From the human T2T-CHM13v2.0 reference genome, Homo sapiens: a DNA stretch of 64,000 nucleotides. Numbering within the stretch: position 1 is the stretch's first letter; each line of letters starts with the position of its first letter. The stretch lies in assembly GCF_009914755.1 (NCBI RefSeq), contig NC_060932.1; one strand, 5' to 3'. The notes beneath the pieces were generated by a model. That model saw nothing but the letters and a program-made list of their open reading frames with translations, had not been told where the DNA came from and ran no database searches. A program made the translations under genes and the position numbers. This document shows, one piece after another, positions 13,452-25,749 of this stretch.

Positions 13452-14080
13452 TGTCAGAGGCGTTTGAACTAGAGCAACTCCATTTTGAACAGGGGCTGCG
13501 TAAAATAAGGCTGAGACCTATTGGGCTGTATTCCCAGGAGGTTAGACATTCTAAGTGACAGGATGGAGGTTGGCACAAGGTACAGGTCAAAAAGACCTTG
13601 CTGATAAAACAGGATGCGGTAAAGAAGCTGGCCTAAACCCACCAAAACCAAGATGGCCATGAAAGTGACTTCTGGTCATCCTTACTGCTCATTATATGCT
13701 AATTATAATTCATTAGCATGTTAAAAGACACTCCTACCAGCGCCATGACAGTTTATAAATGCCATGGCAATATAAGGAAATCAATCTACATGGTCTAAAA
13801 AGAGGGAGGAACCCTAAATTCCGGGAATTGCCCATCCCTTTCCCAGAAAACTCATGAATAATCTACCCCTTGTTTAGCATGTAATCAAGAAATAGCCATA
13901 AAAATAGCCAACGAGTAGCTCATGCTGCTGCTCTGCCTATGGAGTAGCCATTCCTTTGTTTCTTTACTTGTCTAATAAACTTGCTTTCATGTTACTCTAT
14001 GAATTTGCCTTGAATTCTTTCTTGTGCAAGATCCAAGAACTCTCCCTTGGGGTCTGGATCGGGACCCCTTTCTGGTAACA
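13452..14080 (+). mobile_element. MER41 (B-like) ERV1 LTR
   Basis: TGTCAGAGGCGTTTGAAC.AGAGCAACTCCAT...AATAAACTTGCTTTC...GGGGTCTGGATCGGGACCCCTTTCTGGTAACA; TG...CA ends. Confidence 0.92.
13819..13848. promoter_or_regulatory. Tandem GAS (STAT1) motifs in MER41
   Basis: TTCCGGGAA at 13819-13827 and TTCCCAGAA at 13840-13848, both matching TTCNNNGAA. Confidence 0.75.
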
Positions 14081-15295
14081 TCTTCCAATGTGCAGTTAAG
14101 GTTGGAAAACATTGCTCTTAGTTTGTCCGCACAATAATGGCACTATTCTTATGTAATTGCTTTGCTATTACACCTAAGTGACCTCAAACAAGGTGAGGTT
14201 TGGGACATCAGGTAGGTGTGAGGAATTAAGGACAGCACAAGTAAGACAGCTCTCTATGTTATTAGGAACGAGATGACTCTGACAGTAACAATAATTACCT
14301 CTATTTCAGGATAGATTTCTGAATGCCTGCAAAAATATTATAAGTCTTGCTAGAGATAAAACTGCCTTTAGAGCACTGGCCAACAACCTTTCCCCTCTTG
14401 CTGAGGTGGGAGTTTAACTGGTACCCACTTAATGCCAAATGGTATTGGAGCCAATAAGAAAAATAGCTGTATTTAAATCCAGTTTCACCTGCAAGAGTCT
14501 CCAAGTTTTAAACTAAACCATTACCTTCATGGTAGCTGTTTTTGAAAATGTATATACTTGATAGTTTAGCAATAAATAATACAACACATTTACTTAAGAG
14601 CAGATATGGCACTTCAACCCTAACCTGTGAAAGCTCCCAACCAGGAGAACACGTATACACTCTCATATACTACAGACGTATTCAATTTGTACAACTACAA
14701 AACAACTAGCATATCACATTCAAATTAATTCAATTTAAAATGTTTCTAGATCAAGAGCATTAATTTTCACTTACATTCTAGAGCAAAGCCTGCAGTACAA
14801 AATTATTATATAATCTGGGATAAACTCTAAATAGAAACTAATTTAAACTCCTTCGCTCAACTACTGTCAACCTGCCAAGTGCAGGAATGGCAGCATGCTA
14901 CTATAGTTAGCAGCTCTCTCCTGGTCAATCGGATCAGAGAGACTCAGAGTGAAGAACCGAAAGAAATTAGTTTTGTACAGTTTGATAAAAGGAAAACAGC
15001 TTTAAATGACAAATTAGGAACAATTTTATAATACATGATTTACAATTTCTTTGCAGGAAATTGTACAGTCAGACTGTACAAATTCTTTGCTATTTAAATG
15101 CTCCCTTGAAAACTTAAATTTTCTCCCGATCATTTCTAACTCCAAAACTAGGCTTATTTGGAATATCAGCAACATTTTATGAAATGTGATTTAGTTAACC
15201 ACATCTTCCTTAATATTTTTACGACAAATCTTTGACAAGAATATAACCCCTTAGCAAAACAAATATACCTCCCTTACCACAGCAAGCAAACTTAC

Positions 15296-15365
15296 CTCTT
15301 GGGAAGAAGAAGCAATCAAAAATTACTGGCTCAGCCAAATAGAAAGAACATATAAAGCTTCAGTT
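15296..15365 (-). other. Candidate non-coding 5' exon (internal or alternative first exon) of the minus-strand gene
   Basis: Strong donor GAG|GTAAGT after 15296; possible acceptor CCTTGACTCCAG| at 15366-15367; lies in unique, repeat-free DNA. The 5' boundary is uncertain. Confidence 0.45.
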
Positions 15366-16339
15366 CTGGAGTCAAGGACTGGTGACTTGTTTAAATAAGC
15401 TCAAGAGTCAAATGGCTGTGCCTTCTCTTTAAAGGGAAACCAGAAAACTCTGCACTAATGTGTACTGCTTCCGGGCACCTCCCTTTGTTCTAAGTAGAAT
15501 GCTAATGCTAAAATTGCAGTTTGCATTCCTGCTTACTCAGGGAACACTGACGCAGCCTGACAAAGCTTCCAGCTTAAATATCCTGATGGGAAGAAAAGTC
15601 CCAGAAGATGGTATTTCCCTTGTGCACTAGTAAAACGAGCAACACGATGAATGTGTAAATTTGAACAGCTGGAAGTTTGTGGTCACATTAATGTTAACCT
15701 GATCTCATTTGTAACATATATTAGAGACACTGAGAAAAGAAATGTTTCACTTCTTATGAATGTCCATTAAGGAAGTCAAGAGTGTGTGTCTGAATGTTTT
15801 CACCTCTTCTCCTTGGCGTGCAAAATTTTCATTAATGTACATAAAAGCAGTTAGTATAAAAGGAGAAAGAAATACCTTAGGGGAGTGAAATATAGATTAA
15901 GCTTAGTATAATGGGATGAAAAATAATGTGAAAAAGTTAAGGCTATAAAGAGTAAAAGAAAACCTAGCAGTGCAACTTATTCATGTGTTAACATGATATA
16001 TTTTAAAGTATAGGAAAAATTTAATTTCAAATTATGTTTAATATTGTTTTTCATTGTACAGAGGGAATGTAAAGCAGGGATTGCTATGTAATGTCAAATT
16101 TTTAAGAAGAAATTTAAGATGTGTTATGTGCTATCTCATCCCTTCTCCTAGGGTCTTTAAAAATGATGAAGTTTCTTTTCTTCTTTTTATATACAATAAT
16201 TGGATAACAGCATACGTAATTCAATAACTGGGAAAAAATATTCTGGAGCAAACGATCACACATTTAATTTACAAGCCTCTAGATATTTACTGATATATAC
16301 AGGACTGGAAAGCATATCAATAATATGTCAGTCACTTCA

Positions 16340-18657
16340 TGATATGGTTTGGGTGTGTCCCTACCCAAATCTCATCTTGAATTGTAGTTCCCATAAACTG
16401 CACGTGTCATGGGAGGGGCCTGGTGGGAGGTAATTGAATCATGGTGTCTGTTACCTCCATGCTGTTCTTGTGATAGTGAGTGAGTTCTCATGAGATCTGA
16501 TGTTTTATAAGGGGTTTCTCCCCTTTTTGCTTGGCACTTCTTACTGCTGCTACGTGAAGAAGGACATGTTTACTTCCCCTTCCATAATGATTGTAAGTTT
16601 CCTGAGGTTTCCCAAGCCATCCAAAACTGTGAGTCAATTAAACCTCTTTCCTTTATAAATTACCTAGTGTCAGATATGTCTTTATTAGCAGCACGAGAAT
16701 AGACTAATACAGTAAATTGGTACCTGGAGTGGGGTGCTGCTATGAGGATACCTGAAAATGTGAAAGCAACTTTGGAAATTGGTAGCAGGCAGAGGTTAAA
16801 ACAGTTTGGAGGGCTCAGAAGAAGACAGGAAAATGTGGAAAAGTTTGGAACTTTCTAGAGACTTGGAGGGCTCAGAAGACAGGAAGATGTGGGAAAGTTT
16901 GCAACTTCCTAGAGACTTGTTGAATGGCTTTGGCCAAAATGCTGATAGTGATATAGACAATTAAGTGCAGGCTGAGGTGGTTTCAGATGGAGATGAGGAA
17001 CTTGTTGGGGCCTAGAGTAAAGGTCACTCTTGCTATGTTTTAGCAAAGAGACTGGTGGGATTTTCTCCCTGCCCTAGAGATCTGTGAAACTTTGAACTTG
17101 AGAGTGATGATTTAGGGTATCTGGTGGAAGAAATTTCTAAGTGGCAAAGCATTCAAGGGGAAGCAGAGCATAAAAGTTTTGAACATTTGCAGTCTAATGA
17201 TGCAATAGAAAAGAAAAACCCATTTTCTGGGGAGATATTCAAGCCAGCTGCAGAAATTTGCACAAGTAACAAGGAGCCCAGTGTTAATCACCAAGACAAT
17301 GGGGAAAATGTCTCCAGGGCATATCAAAGATCTTTGCAGCAGTCCCTCCCATCACAGACCCAGAGGCCTAGTAGGAAAAAAAGGTTTCATGGGCCAGGCC
17401 CAGGGCTCCCCTGCTGTGTTCAGCCTCAGGACATGGTGCTCTGCATCCCAGCTGTTCTAAGCCATGGCTAAAAGGGGCTAAGGTACAGCTCTGGACATGA
17501 CTTCAGAAGGTGCAAGCCCCAAGCCTTGGCACTTTCCATGTGGTGTTGAGCCTGTGGGTGCATAGAAGTCAAGAACTGAGGTTTGGGAATCTCCACATAG
17601 ATTTCAGAGGATGTATGGAATCACCTGGATGTCCAGGGAGAAGTTTGCTGCTAGGGCAGAACATTCATGGAAAACCTCTGTTAGGGCAGTGTTGAAGAGA
17701 AATGTGGGGTTGGGGGCACTGCCTAGTAGAGCTGTGAGAAGAGGGCCACTGTCCTCAGATCACAGAATGGTAGATCCACTGACAGCTTGTACTGTGTGCC
17801 TGGAAAAGCCACAGACAACACCAGCCTGTGAAAGCAGCCAGGAGTTGGGCTGTCTCATGCAAAGCCACAGGGGCAGAGCTGCCCAAGGTCATGGGAGCCC
17901 ACCTCTTGCATCAACATCACCTGGATGTGAGACATGAAGTCAAAAGAGAGCATTTTGGAACTTTAAGGTTTAATGACTGCCATATTGGATTTTGAACTTG
18001 GATGGGACTTGTAACCCCTTTGTTTTGGCCAATTTCTCCCATTTGTAATGGGTCTATTTGTCCAATGCCTGTACCCCCATTGTATCTGGGAAGTAACTTA
18101 CTTGCTTTTAATTTTGCAGGCTCATAGGCAGAAGGGACTTGCTTTGTTTCAGATGAGACTTTGGACTTGGACTTTTGGGTTAATGCTGGAATGAGTTAAG
18201 ACTTTGGGGGACTGTTGGAAAGGCATGATTGTGTTTTGAAATATGAGGACATGAGATTTGGGAGGGGCCAGGGGCAGAATGATAGGGTTTGGTTCTGTGT
18301 CCGTCGCTCAAATCCTAACTTAAATTGTAGTTCCCATAATCTCAACGTGTCATGGGAGTTACCTGGTGGGAGGTAATTGAATCATGGGAGCAGTTACCTC
18401 CATACTGTTCTCATGATAGTGAGTGTGTTCTCACAAGATCTGATGGTTTTATAAGGAGCTTCCCCCCTTTTTCTTTGCACTTCTCCTTACTGCCACCATG
18501 TGAAGAAGGATGTGTTTGCCTTCTCTTCCACTATGATTATAAGTTTCCTGATGCCTCCCCAGCCATGTGTAACTGTGAGTCAATTAAACCTCTTTCCTTT
18601 ATAAATTACCCAGTCTCAGATATGTCTTTATTACTAGTGTGAGAACAAACTAATACA
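16340..18657 (+). mobile_element. Complete THE1 (C/D-like) MaLR provirus: LTR 16340-16711, internal 16712-18279, LTR 18280-18657
   Basis: Both LTRs run TGAT.GGTTTGG...CTAATACA; polypurine tract GGGAGGGGCCAGGGGCAGAA precedes the 3' LTR; 5-bp TSD CTTCA at 16335-16339 and 18658-18662. Confidence 0.96.
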
Positions 18658-20787
18658 CTTCACCTAATGCATAACTTTATTATTATTTCAGCAAGGAAAA
18701 TCAGATTGTCTTTGGTGTTTTCCAATAAGGAAAATAAGTGTTTAGGTATTGTCAGTATGTGGAATGTTTTCAGAACTATTGGGCTTAGTTAACTTTCATT
18801 TTTAAGTTTCTAGCTGGATGTCCAGATGCAAATTTAAGAATGATAAGAATTTTATGTGATTAACACAGCTAAGCTACTAAATCTGTTCTTTTTGTACTTC
18901 TTTATGAAAAGTGATCATAAGTGAGTTAAGTTCAGGATGATTGATAAGTTTTCTGGACAAACTTCATTAGTGGTAAGAGCTGAATAATAGATGCTGGATT
19001 TAAAAGTTTTGGTTTAAAAATGTGGCATAAACATAAGAAATATCAGACTGGGAAATACTGTAAGGAAATTATATAATGGGCTTATTAAACATCTGTATGT
19101 AAGTTTAATATAATTGTATAAACATTATCAATCTAGCTCAGGGTGTTTGATATTGGTCTTGTTGGAAACTGAAAAATAAGCCTCTGTCTGGAACATTGTT
19201 TCAAAAGTCTTTGGCTGAACTTCATGCCACAGCTACTTCACTTCAAAAAGAAGTAGGAGAGAACATTCTAGTTGTTAGAGAATAATCACTGGAGTCCCCA
19301 CAAAACCTTTCCAACTTAGGGTAGAGGGTAGAGAGGACTATCTATTCTTTTCCCACTCTGTCATTTTTCTTCCTCTTCTTTCTACATAAACCCAAAGGAT
19401 GGCTCTGGCTCTTGGATTTTATGCTTTTCCCCATGAATAAATTTTCCTTTTGCCTGCTATGAAGAGGGAGGAAAATGACTTCTCTACTGTTAATTAGAAA
19501 AGCAAGGTTGCCTAGGTAACAGATCTTCCATAAACAGATCAAGAGAAAGATTTCTAAAGAGCTAGAATTCACATGATGTCATGAAAATTACAAAAGCTCT
19601 TTAATGCTGAAGGATAGTTTGGGGGTTTGGCATAGTAATAGTTAAAAACTCAGCATTAGACAGGCTGAGTTTCATTCTGAATTTCTAATTACCGACTGGG
19701 TTACTTAAGACAGTCTCTTAACTTTCGTCATTTGTAAAGAGGAAATTGTAATAATTGTAGTGAGCAATAAGTGAAGTGGCATGTGTAAAACACTTAAAAA
19801 ATACCTAACATTTAATATACACGAAAACATGTTAGACTTATTTTTGCTTTTCATAATTTAATGCATGGAGGAAAACAGATAAATGTATATCAATTTCTGT
19901 AACATAATAATTAGACAATGCATACCTCTTCTTAAGTGGGTAGCTGTAAATCAACATCATCTGATTTGTGCCACCAATTCTAGCTCTTTTTGCACTTATT
20001 CATTCACTAACGTTCTATGGCATTTAACAAATACTTTTTGTGCACTCACTATGAGTTAGGAACTGTGTTACATACTTGAGATAAAGCTATAAAAAATCAA
20101 ACAGGTCCGGTCCCTCAATGACCTTAAATTCTAGTAATATACACTGCTTTGTGTTGTTGTTATTTTATTTTTTATGCAAATGCAGTAATTATTATATTTA
20201 AGGTTTCTCAGGGGCAAGGGCCATATATAAAAATTCTTCATAATTCTCACAATTATATGCATTAAGTATTTCTTGACAATTTGTTATGGATAATAAGTAT
20301 TCTACAAACATATAAATAGTAATGGAAATAATGGCTCATTATTTGAGGAGGCATAATTTTTATTTAAAATTATATGAAAAATGTCCAAAGTATCTATTGT
20401 AATAAAAGTCAGAGACAAAGCAATACTATGGGACTAAAAAATTACGAAATGAAGAGTTTTTAGAAAAGAAATAGAAATTGACAACCTTTAAATATTATTA
20501 ACTTAATGAATCAAGAAATTGTAGGAGTAAAGTGATAAAAATTTCCAAGCTGTACTTCAGATAGGTTAAAAACAAATATTTGTCAATTCGTCCTACAAGC
20601 ACATCACTCAAATATACAAGCTAGTAATGTCTGCAAATTCTATTTCCATGCTGGTTATAAAACTGAAGAATACATAATTTTTAAAGTCAATATTTGTATT
20701 CTTGTAAGTCATTAACTGGAAGAAATGCCTTTTTTTTTTTTCTTTCTGTACCTAATTCTGTAGTGAGGTCACTGAGGAAGAGCCCGT

Positions 20788-20810
20788 TTCAGCACCATGG
20801 ACAAAGCACC
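20788..20810 (+). promoter_or_regulatory. RE1/NRSE-like (REST) motif
   Basis: TTCAGCACCATGGACA-AA-GCACC versus consensus TTCAGCACCACGGACAGCGCC; first 16 nt near-perfect, right end displaced by 2 nt. Confidence 0.55.
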
Positions 20811-23724
20811 CCCCGACAGCCTTACTCTTGGGAGCGACAGGAAATGTTCCCCTTTGATTAAAATTTAAAAACAACTTTATTATAGCCACCTTCCATTTTA
20901 ATATGTTTTAAGAACCAAATGGATACTAAAGAATGTTCATATAGATAATATAAAGTTTACGCTTTCAAACCCCTTCTCTCTTGTGGAAAAACATAATGGC
21001 CCTTTAAAAGACACGCATCAATGTGATGAATACATTTAAGTGTCATTAGGTTTAATGGCTCCTACTCACTTAGACTATCATTCCATACCATTTAAAGTTA
21101 ATTTGGTGTGTATTAATGGTGCAAAATTGATGAAATTATGAACTGAGTTTCCCCAGGCACAGGTTAAATCAAGAAAGAAGGAAGAGAACAGGTTAATATT
21201 ACCTTCCACCCATTCTTCATTTATACTACCAAAGACATCAGTTCTGCCCTTGGGAAGAACATTCTCACAGTTAATAAGTTGAACCTAAATTGATTTTTAA
21301 GGTTTTTAAGTCAGAAAACTGTCTTTAGTTGGGTCACCAAAGGTTCACAGTTTTCTTTAGGGAATAAGAAAATATGTACTCTTCTGAGATTAAATTCATA
21401 TTTCATTCCTTATTTTCAGAGAAATAGATAATTTCTTACTTCTTTCTCTTTCTGTATTCAACTTGCACATCTTTACTTAGAAGGTCATTTGGAATATTCT
21501 TATTTTGTAATCTCTCTCACATCCCACCATTTTCAGATAAAATAATGATGTTTGGTTAATTTAAAAGCTGAATTAAATATTATGATAATAAATACCACTA
21601 CTATTAATGCAAAAAACGGAAAAATCTAAGGTTCTGGTCCCAAGAACATTTGATATGGTAAAACTTCAGTTCACAGTTTCAAGAAGACTGGACTCTAATT
21701 TTGAACTATGGCTTACCATAAGAAATAGAAAAATATTCACTTTATATTTTAAGTAAGAAGCAAAAGAAAAGTATAAACTCACTACTTGTTACAGTTCATT
21801 TAATACTGATGAAAAACTAAGAGAACACATAACTTTCTAGTGACTCGTTTGCTTCTCTGTCAAGTAAAAATTATTTCCAAACTAAAAAGGAAAAAATAAA
21901 ACTTGGCAAAAGAGAATAAAGCTCAGGTCAAGTCATGTCACTAGCTTCTCTTAAGACATTTAACAAGTTATGAACTGGGCTTTACAATCTCATCTCATAC
22001 AAATAGAATTATGGCACCACTGTTAATGTCTATGAAGCACCCTGAGCATGGGATTCCAAGATATTAGAAATATAGAAGCCAAGCATATAGTTCTGATTTT
22101 CAAAAGCCAGAGAGAAGGGAAAGCCTGTAAAACACTGATTGATGAGGCTGAAATGAAATATTGGGCAATATTTTGGCACAAGTTAATAAAATGTTGGTTT
22201 CTGGGTGCTTAGAAAAGAAAAAAGTGACAGAGATCATCCTGGGCTTCTAAGAATTACTTGGACCAAGTCTAGATTTTTTTTCTCTTATTACAGATAGTGT
22301 TAGAACTGGCAAAGCATATGGACTTTGATGAGGCATCTGGCAAAATGTCACATGGTATTATTATAGAGAATTTTTGGTTGGGTGACAGTAGAGATACAGT
22401 AGAGGTAATTAGGTGAGTTCACATCTACTCTCAATATAAGGATAAATGGATCTTCCCAATAATTAAATGGACTGCTCTAACAATAGAAGTACTCATTCTA
22501 ACCACATTTTGACAATTCACAAGACCATATAGGAAAAATAATCTAGAGGTACATTTTTAATTTAATATTTTCTCTACTTACTCTGTATAGCTAGGCTTCT
22601 CCTCATCATCAGGTCCTGGAGCACCTCCCAAGGTTGTGTCATTGTACAGTGTTTCCTGATACATTAGGTGGTACACAGATAATTTTAGGTGGTTCATGGA
22701 TGTCTTTTATAAAGCTATAATATATATTTATTTGTACATATTAGGAGAAATGTAACTAACAGATGAAACATTATTTCATAGGTGGGCATTATTCCTTTGA
22801 TAAATCTGAGTAAAAAAACAATGTGTTAATTTAAGTAAGAATAAGTAAATAGTATGATTCATATTCAGAGATGATAAAAATTGTGAAGTATACTAGAAAA
22901 ACTGAAGTTCTGGAAAGTTCTGAAGTACTGGAAATACAAAACATTTCTTTTGTCAGAAGTGTGTACACAGGAACCTTTCTTTCCTTTGCCAGTACCTGCT
23001 GTCGGTCTACAAGACCACAGAAGCTTTAGTCTCTGTTTTCTTTGGGGATATATTTAGGTATTCTGGGACTTCTGCCATTGGTGGCCAACCCCAAAGAAAA
23101 AACACCCTGATGTTGGTGAGGGTGGCTCTGAACATCCATAAAAGACTTTTCAGATATTTCAAATAACTTAATTTACTTTCCTAATTTCTTTCAGTGAGGT
23201 ATCTTTATGAACATCAGTTTTGTTCTTTTTTTTTCTATCCTATCCCGTCTATCATGTCTGCTTGGTGATATCTCTGGGTTCTGTCACCTGAACCACAGAA
23301 AACATCCTGCTAAGAAGAAGGATGCAGACTCAAAACCTCAGTATTTTTACACAGATAAAAAAAAAAAGAGAGAGAAGAAAATAAAAACACCAGCTGTTAT
23401 TTTCACACAAGTACTATTTAAATAAAACACTTTCTCTTTGTTTTCCAAAATTTTAAATAAACAGAAATTGACTAAAATGAAATTAATACCTATTGCTAAG
23501 ATGCTATTTGATACTCCAGCATGATTAGTTACATCTTAACGGTGTGTATGGTCTTTTAAATATCAATAAAGTTATATGCAGGTGTTAGTTTGTACCATAA
23601 CTATTTTAAGTATGTATTACATACTTAGAATATATAGTAAAATGAAATATTTTGTATACATTCAGATTTAGAAAAATGGCCAATGTTGGAATTTGATGTA
23701 CTTACAAAATGACTGTAAAAACAG

Positions 23725-24380
23725 TTTCTTTATTTTGAAATTATTATAGACTCACAGGAAGTTGTAAAGATAGTACAGAGAGATCCCATGTACCCTTCAC
23801 CGGGTCTTCCCCAACGGTTATATCATATAACTACAGTATCATATCAAAGCCAGAAAACTGACATTGGTGCAATGCCTGTTTACAGCTCTATGATTTTTTA
23901 AAATTTTCTTTAATTAATTTATTAATTTATTTTTGAGACAAGGTTTTGATCTGTCACCCAGGCTGGAGTGCAGTGGTGCTATCACAGCTCCCTGCACCCT
24001 GGGCTCAAGCAATCCTCCTGCTTCAGCCTCCTCAGTAGCTGGAACTACAGGCACCTACTGCCATGTCCACCTATTTTTTTTATATTTGGTATTTTTAGTG
24101 GAGATGGGGTCCCACCATGTTGTCCAGGCTGGTCTCAAACTACTGGACTCAAGCAACCCATCCTTCTCAGGCTCCCAAAGTTCTGGGATTACAGGCGCAA
24201 GCCACCATGCCAGGCCTGTCATTTTATCTTATATGTAGATTCGTGTAACCACAATAATCAAGATACACATCTATGCCATCCTCACAAAGATCTCCTTCAT
24301 GCTACACTTTTAGTGTCACATTCTTCTCACCCTCATCCCATCTCCAAACCTTGTCAACTACTAGTTTGTAGTATTACTCT
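23725..24380 (-). mobile_element. Old L1M (MC/MD-like) 3' fragment interrupted by an Alu
   Basis: TTTTGAAATTATTATAGACTCACAGGAAGTTGTAAAGATAGTACAGAGAG.TCCCATGTACCCTTCACC; resumes at ~24218. Confidence 0.7.
23905..24217 (-). mobile_element. AluJ
   Basis: Diverged antisense dimer with GGGCTCAAGCAATCCTCCTGC (J-type). Confidence 0.93.
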
Positions 24381-25749
24381 TTTGTGCTTATCTTTTACCT
24401 ACTGTTACTACAATATGAAAAAAAAAAAAAAAAAAAAAACCATGACTATTAGAGACAGCTGGTTCTAAGTGTGCCACTGGCTAAATTACTCACTTACTCT
24501 CTGCAAGCCTCAGTAGATCATCTGTAAAAATAAAGTTTTGGACCCATTTTTTGTTTTTTTGTTCAGTGCATCAGCATTTATGAATGCATACAATTACTTA
24601 GTTTCAATTATGATATCACCTTAAAGACTATTAAATACAAATAAAGTGAATAAAATATTATTTAAATATGTACAGATCATTATGAATTGAAGAGCGTATT
24701 TTAAATATATTCTGCATTAAAATAGTACTATTGTAAAATAAATTAAGCAATCAAAATCTGCACTATGATAATGTATTGCTGCTTTAAAATCTGAAGCATA
24801 TAAAAAAAAATGATTTCACCTGGGCTCATCTCTCAGCGACAGGTGCTACTGCTCTCCAAATGTACAAGTGGAGAAAACTTGGCATAGAGAATACCTGACT
24901 CCTTTTGCCCCAAGGGCGCCCTATGGGGAGGAAAAGGCAAACATTCCTAACATGTGCCTACTGAAGAATCTGATCTGGCAGAAACTTTAAGTTGAAGATT
25001 CTGATCTGTAGGGTTCAAATGTGGCCCTTTTCTGAGAAGAGATATCCAGATGTTATAGCTGCCCTTTGCTTCTGCTGCACAGGCTCTGGGGTCAGGGCCA
25101 GAGGACGCAAGAGGAACCTAGCAGTGGAGTCTCCTGTTTTCCTTGATAGCACTACCTGCTGGACACTGGGGAAGATAAAAGCAACGATTTTCCGATTTTC
25201 CCCAGTAGCTTCTTTCATTTAAAAAGCTTTCAGAATCTCTTTCCACATACTAAATTAAGCTCACAGATATCTTTTACTGTACAATTTACCTCTATTTTAA
25301 ATCCAAACCTGTTGATACCACCCACCATGAGGAGGTTTTGAGCTCATCAACGTAGCCCTTCAACAGCACATTAATGGAAAATGGCTCATCCTTTCTCACC
25401 TGGAATAGTCTTTAAGAAAGTTTCTCCAGGAAGCAGAAACTTGAAAAGTGTCCTCTGGGGACTTGGGACTGTCTCCCTCTTTGGAGAGCTCAATGGAGGC
25501 TTCCTGGAGAACACCTATTCTTAATGAACCTTCCTTATCAAAAGCCACCATTTCCAAACCCACTCCTGAGAACAACCAGTAAAGGGAGATTCAAAACCGA
25601 CGGCCTATACATTAGCCTGGCTAATCTTGCTCGTTGCAACAAGGAGTCCAGCCCGACCGTCTCAACAACCAATCAAACCAATCAAACAGGAGGGCCTTTC
25701 CCTTGGCCTCCATGTGCTGAGAGTGCCCTTGATTCCCCATTTTCCACGA

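Larger units (their letters stand above)
13369..14115. mobile_element. MER5-type hAT MITE split by the MER41 LTR (pieces ~13369-13451 and ~14084-14115)
   Basis: CAGAGGTTCTCAACCTTG...TTTAAAAAATACTGATGC on the left; AATGTGCAGTTAAGGTTGGAAAACATTG on the right. Confidence 0.65.

Noticed and set aside
16790-16920. Direct repeat GGAGGGCTCAGAAGA..CAGGAA.ATGTGG.AAAGTTTG
   Set aside because: As far as I recall this is part of the THE1 internal consensus rather than a locus-specific feature.
17112-18642. ORFs inside the THE1 element
   Set aside because: Fragments of the degenerate MaLR internal region and LTR; no intact gag-like frame.
23933-24468. 101-aa and 166-aa ORFs (and similar ORFs at 1679, 29912, 32280)
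   Set aside because: Translations of antisense Alu sequence.
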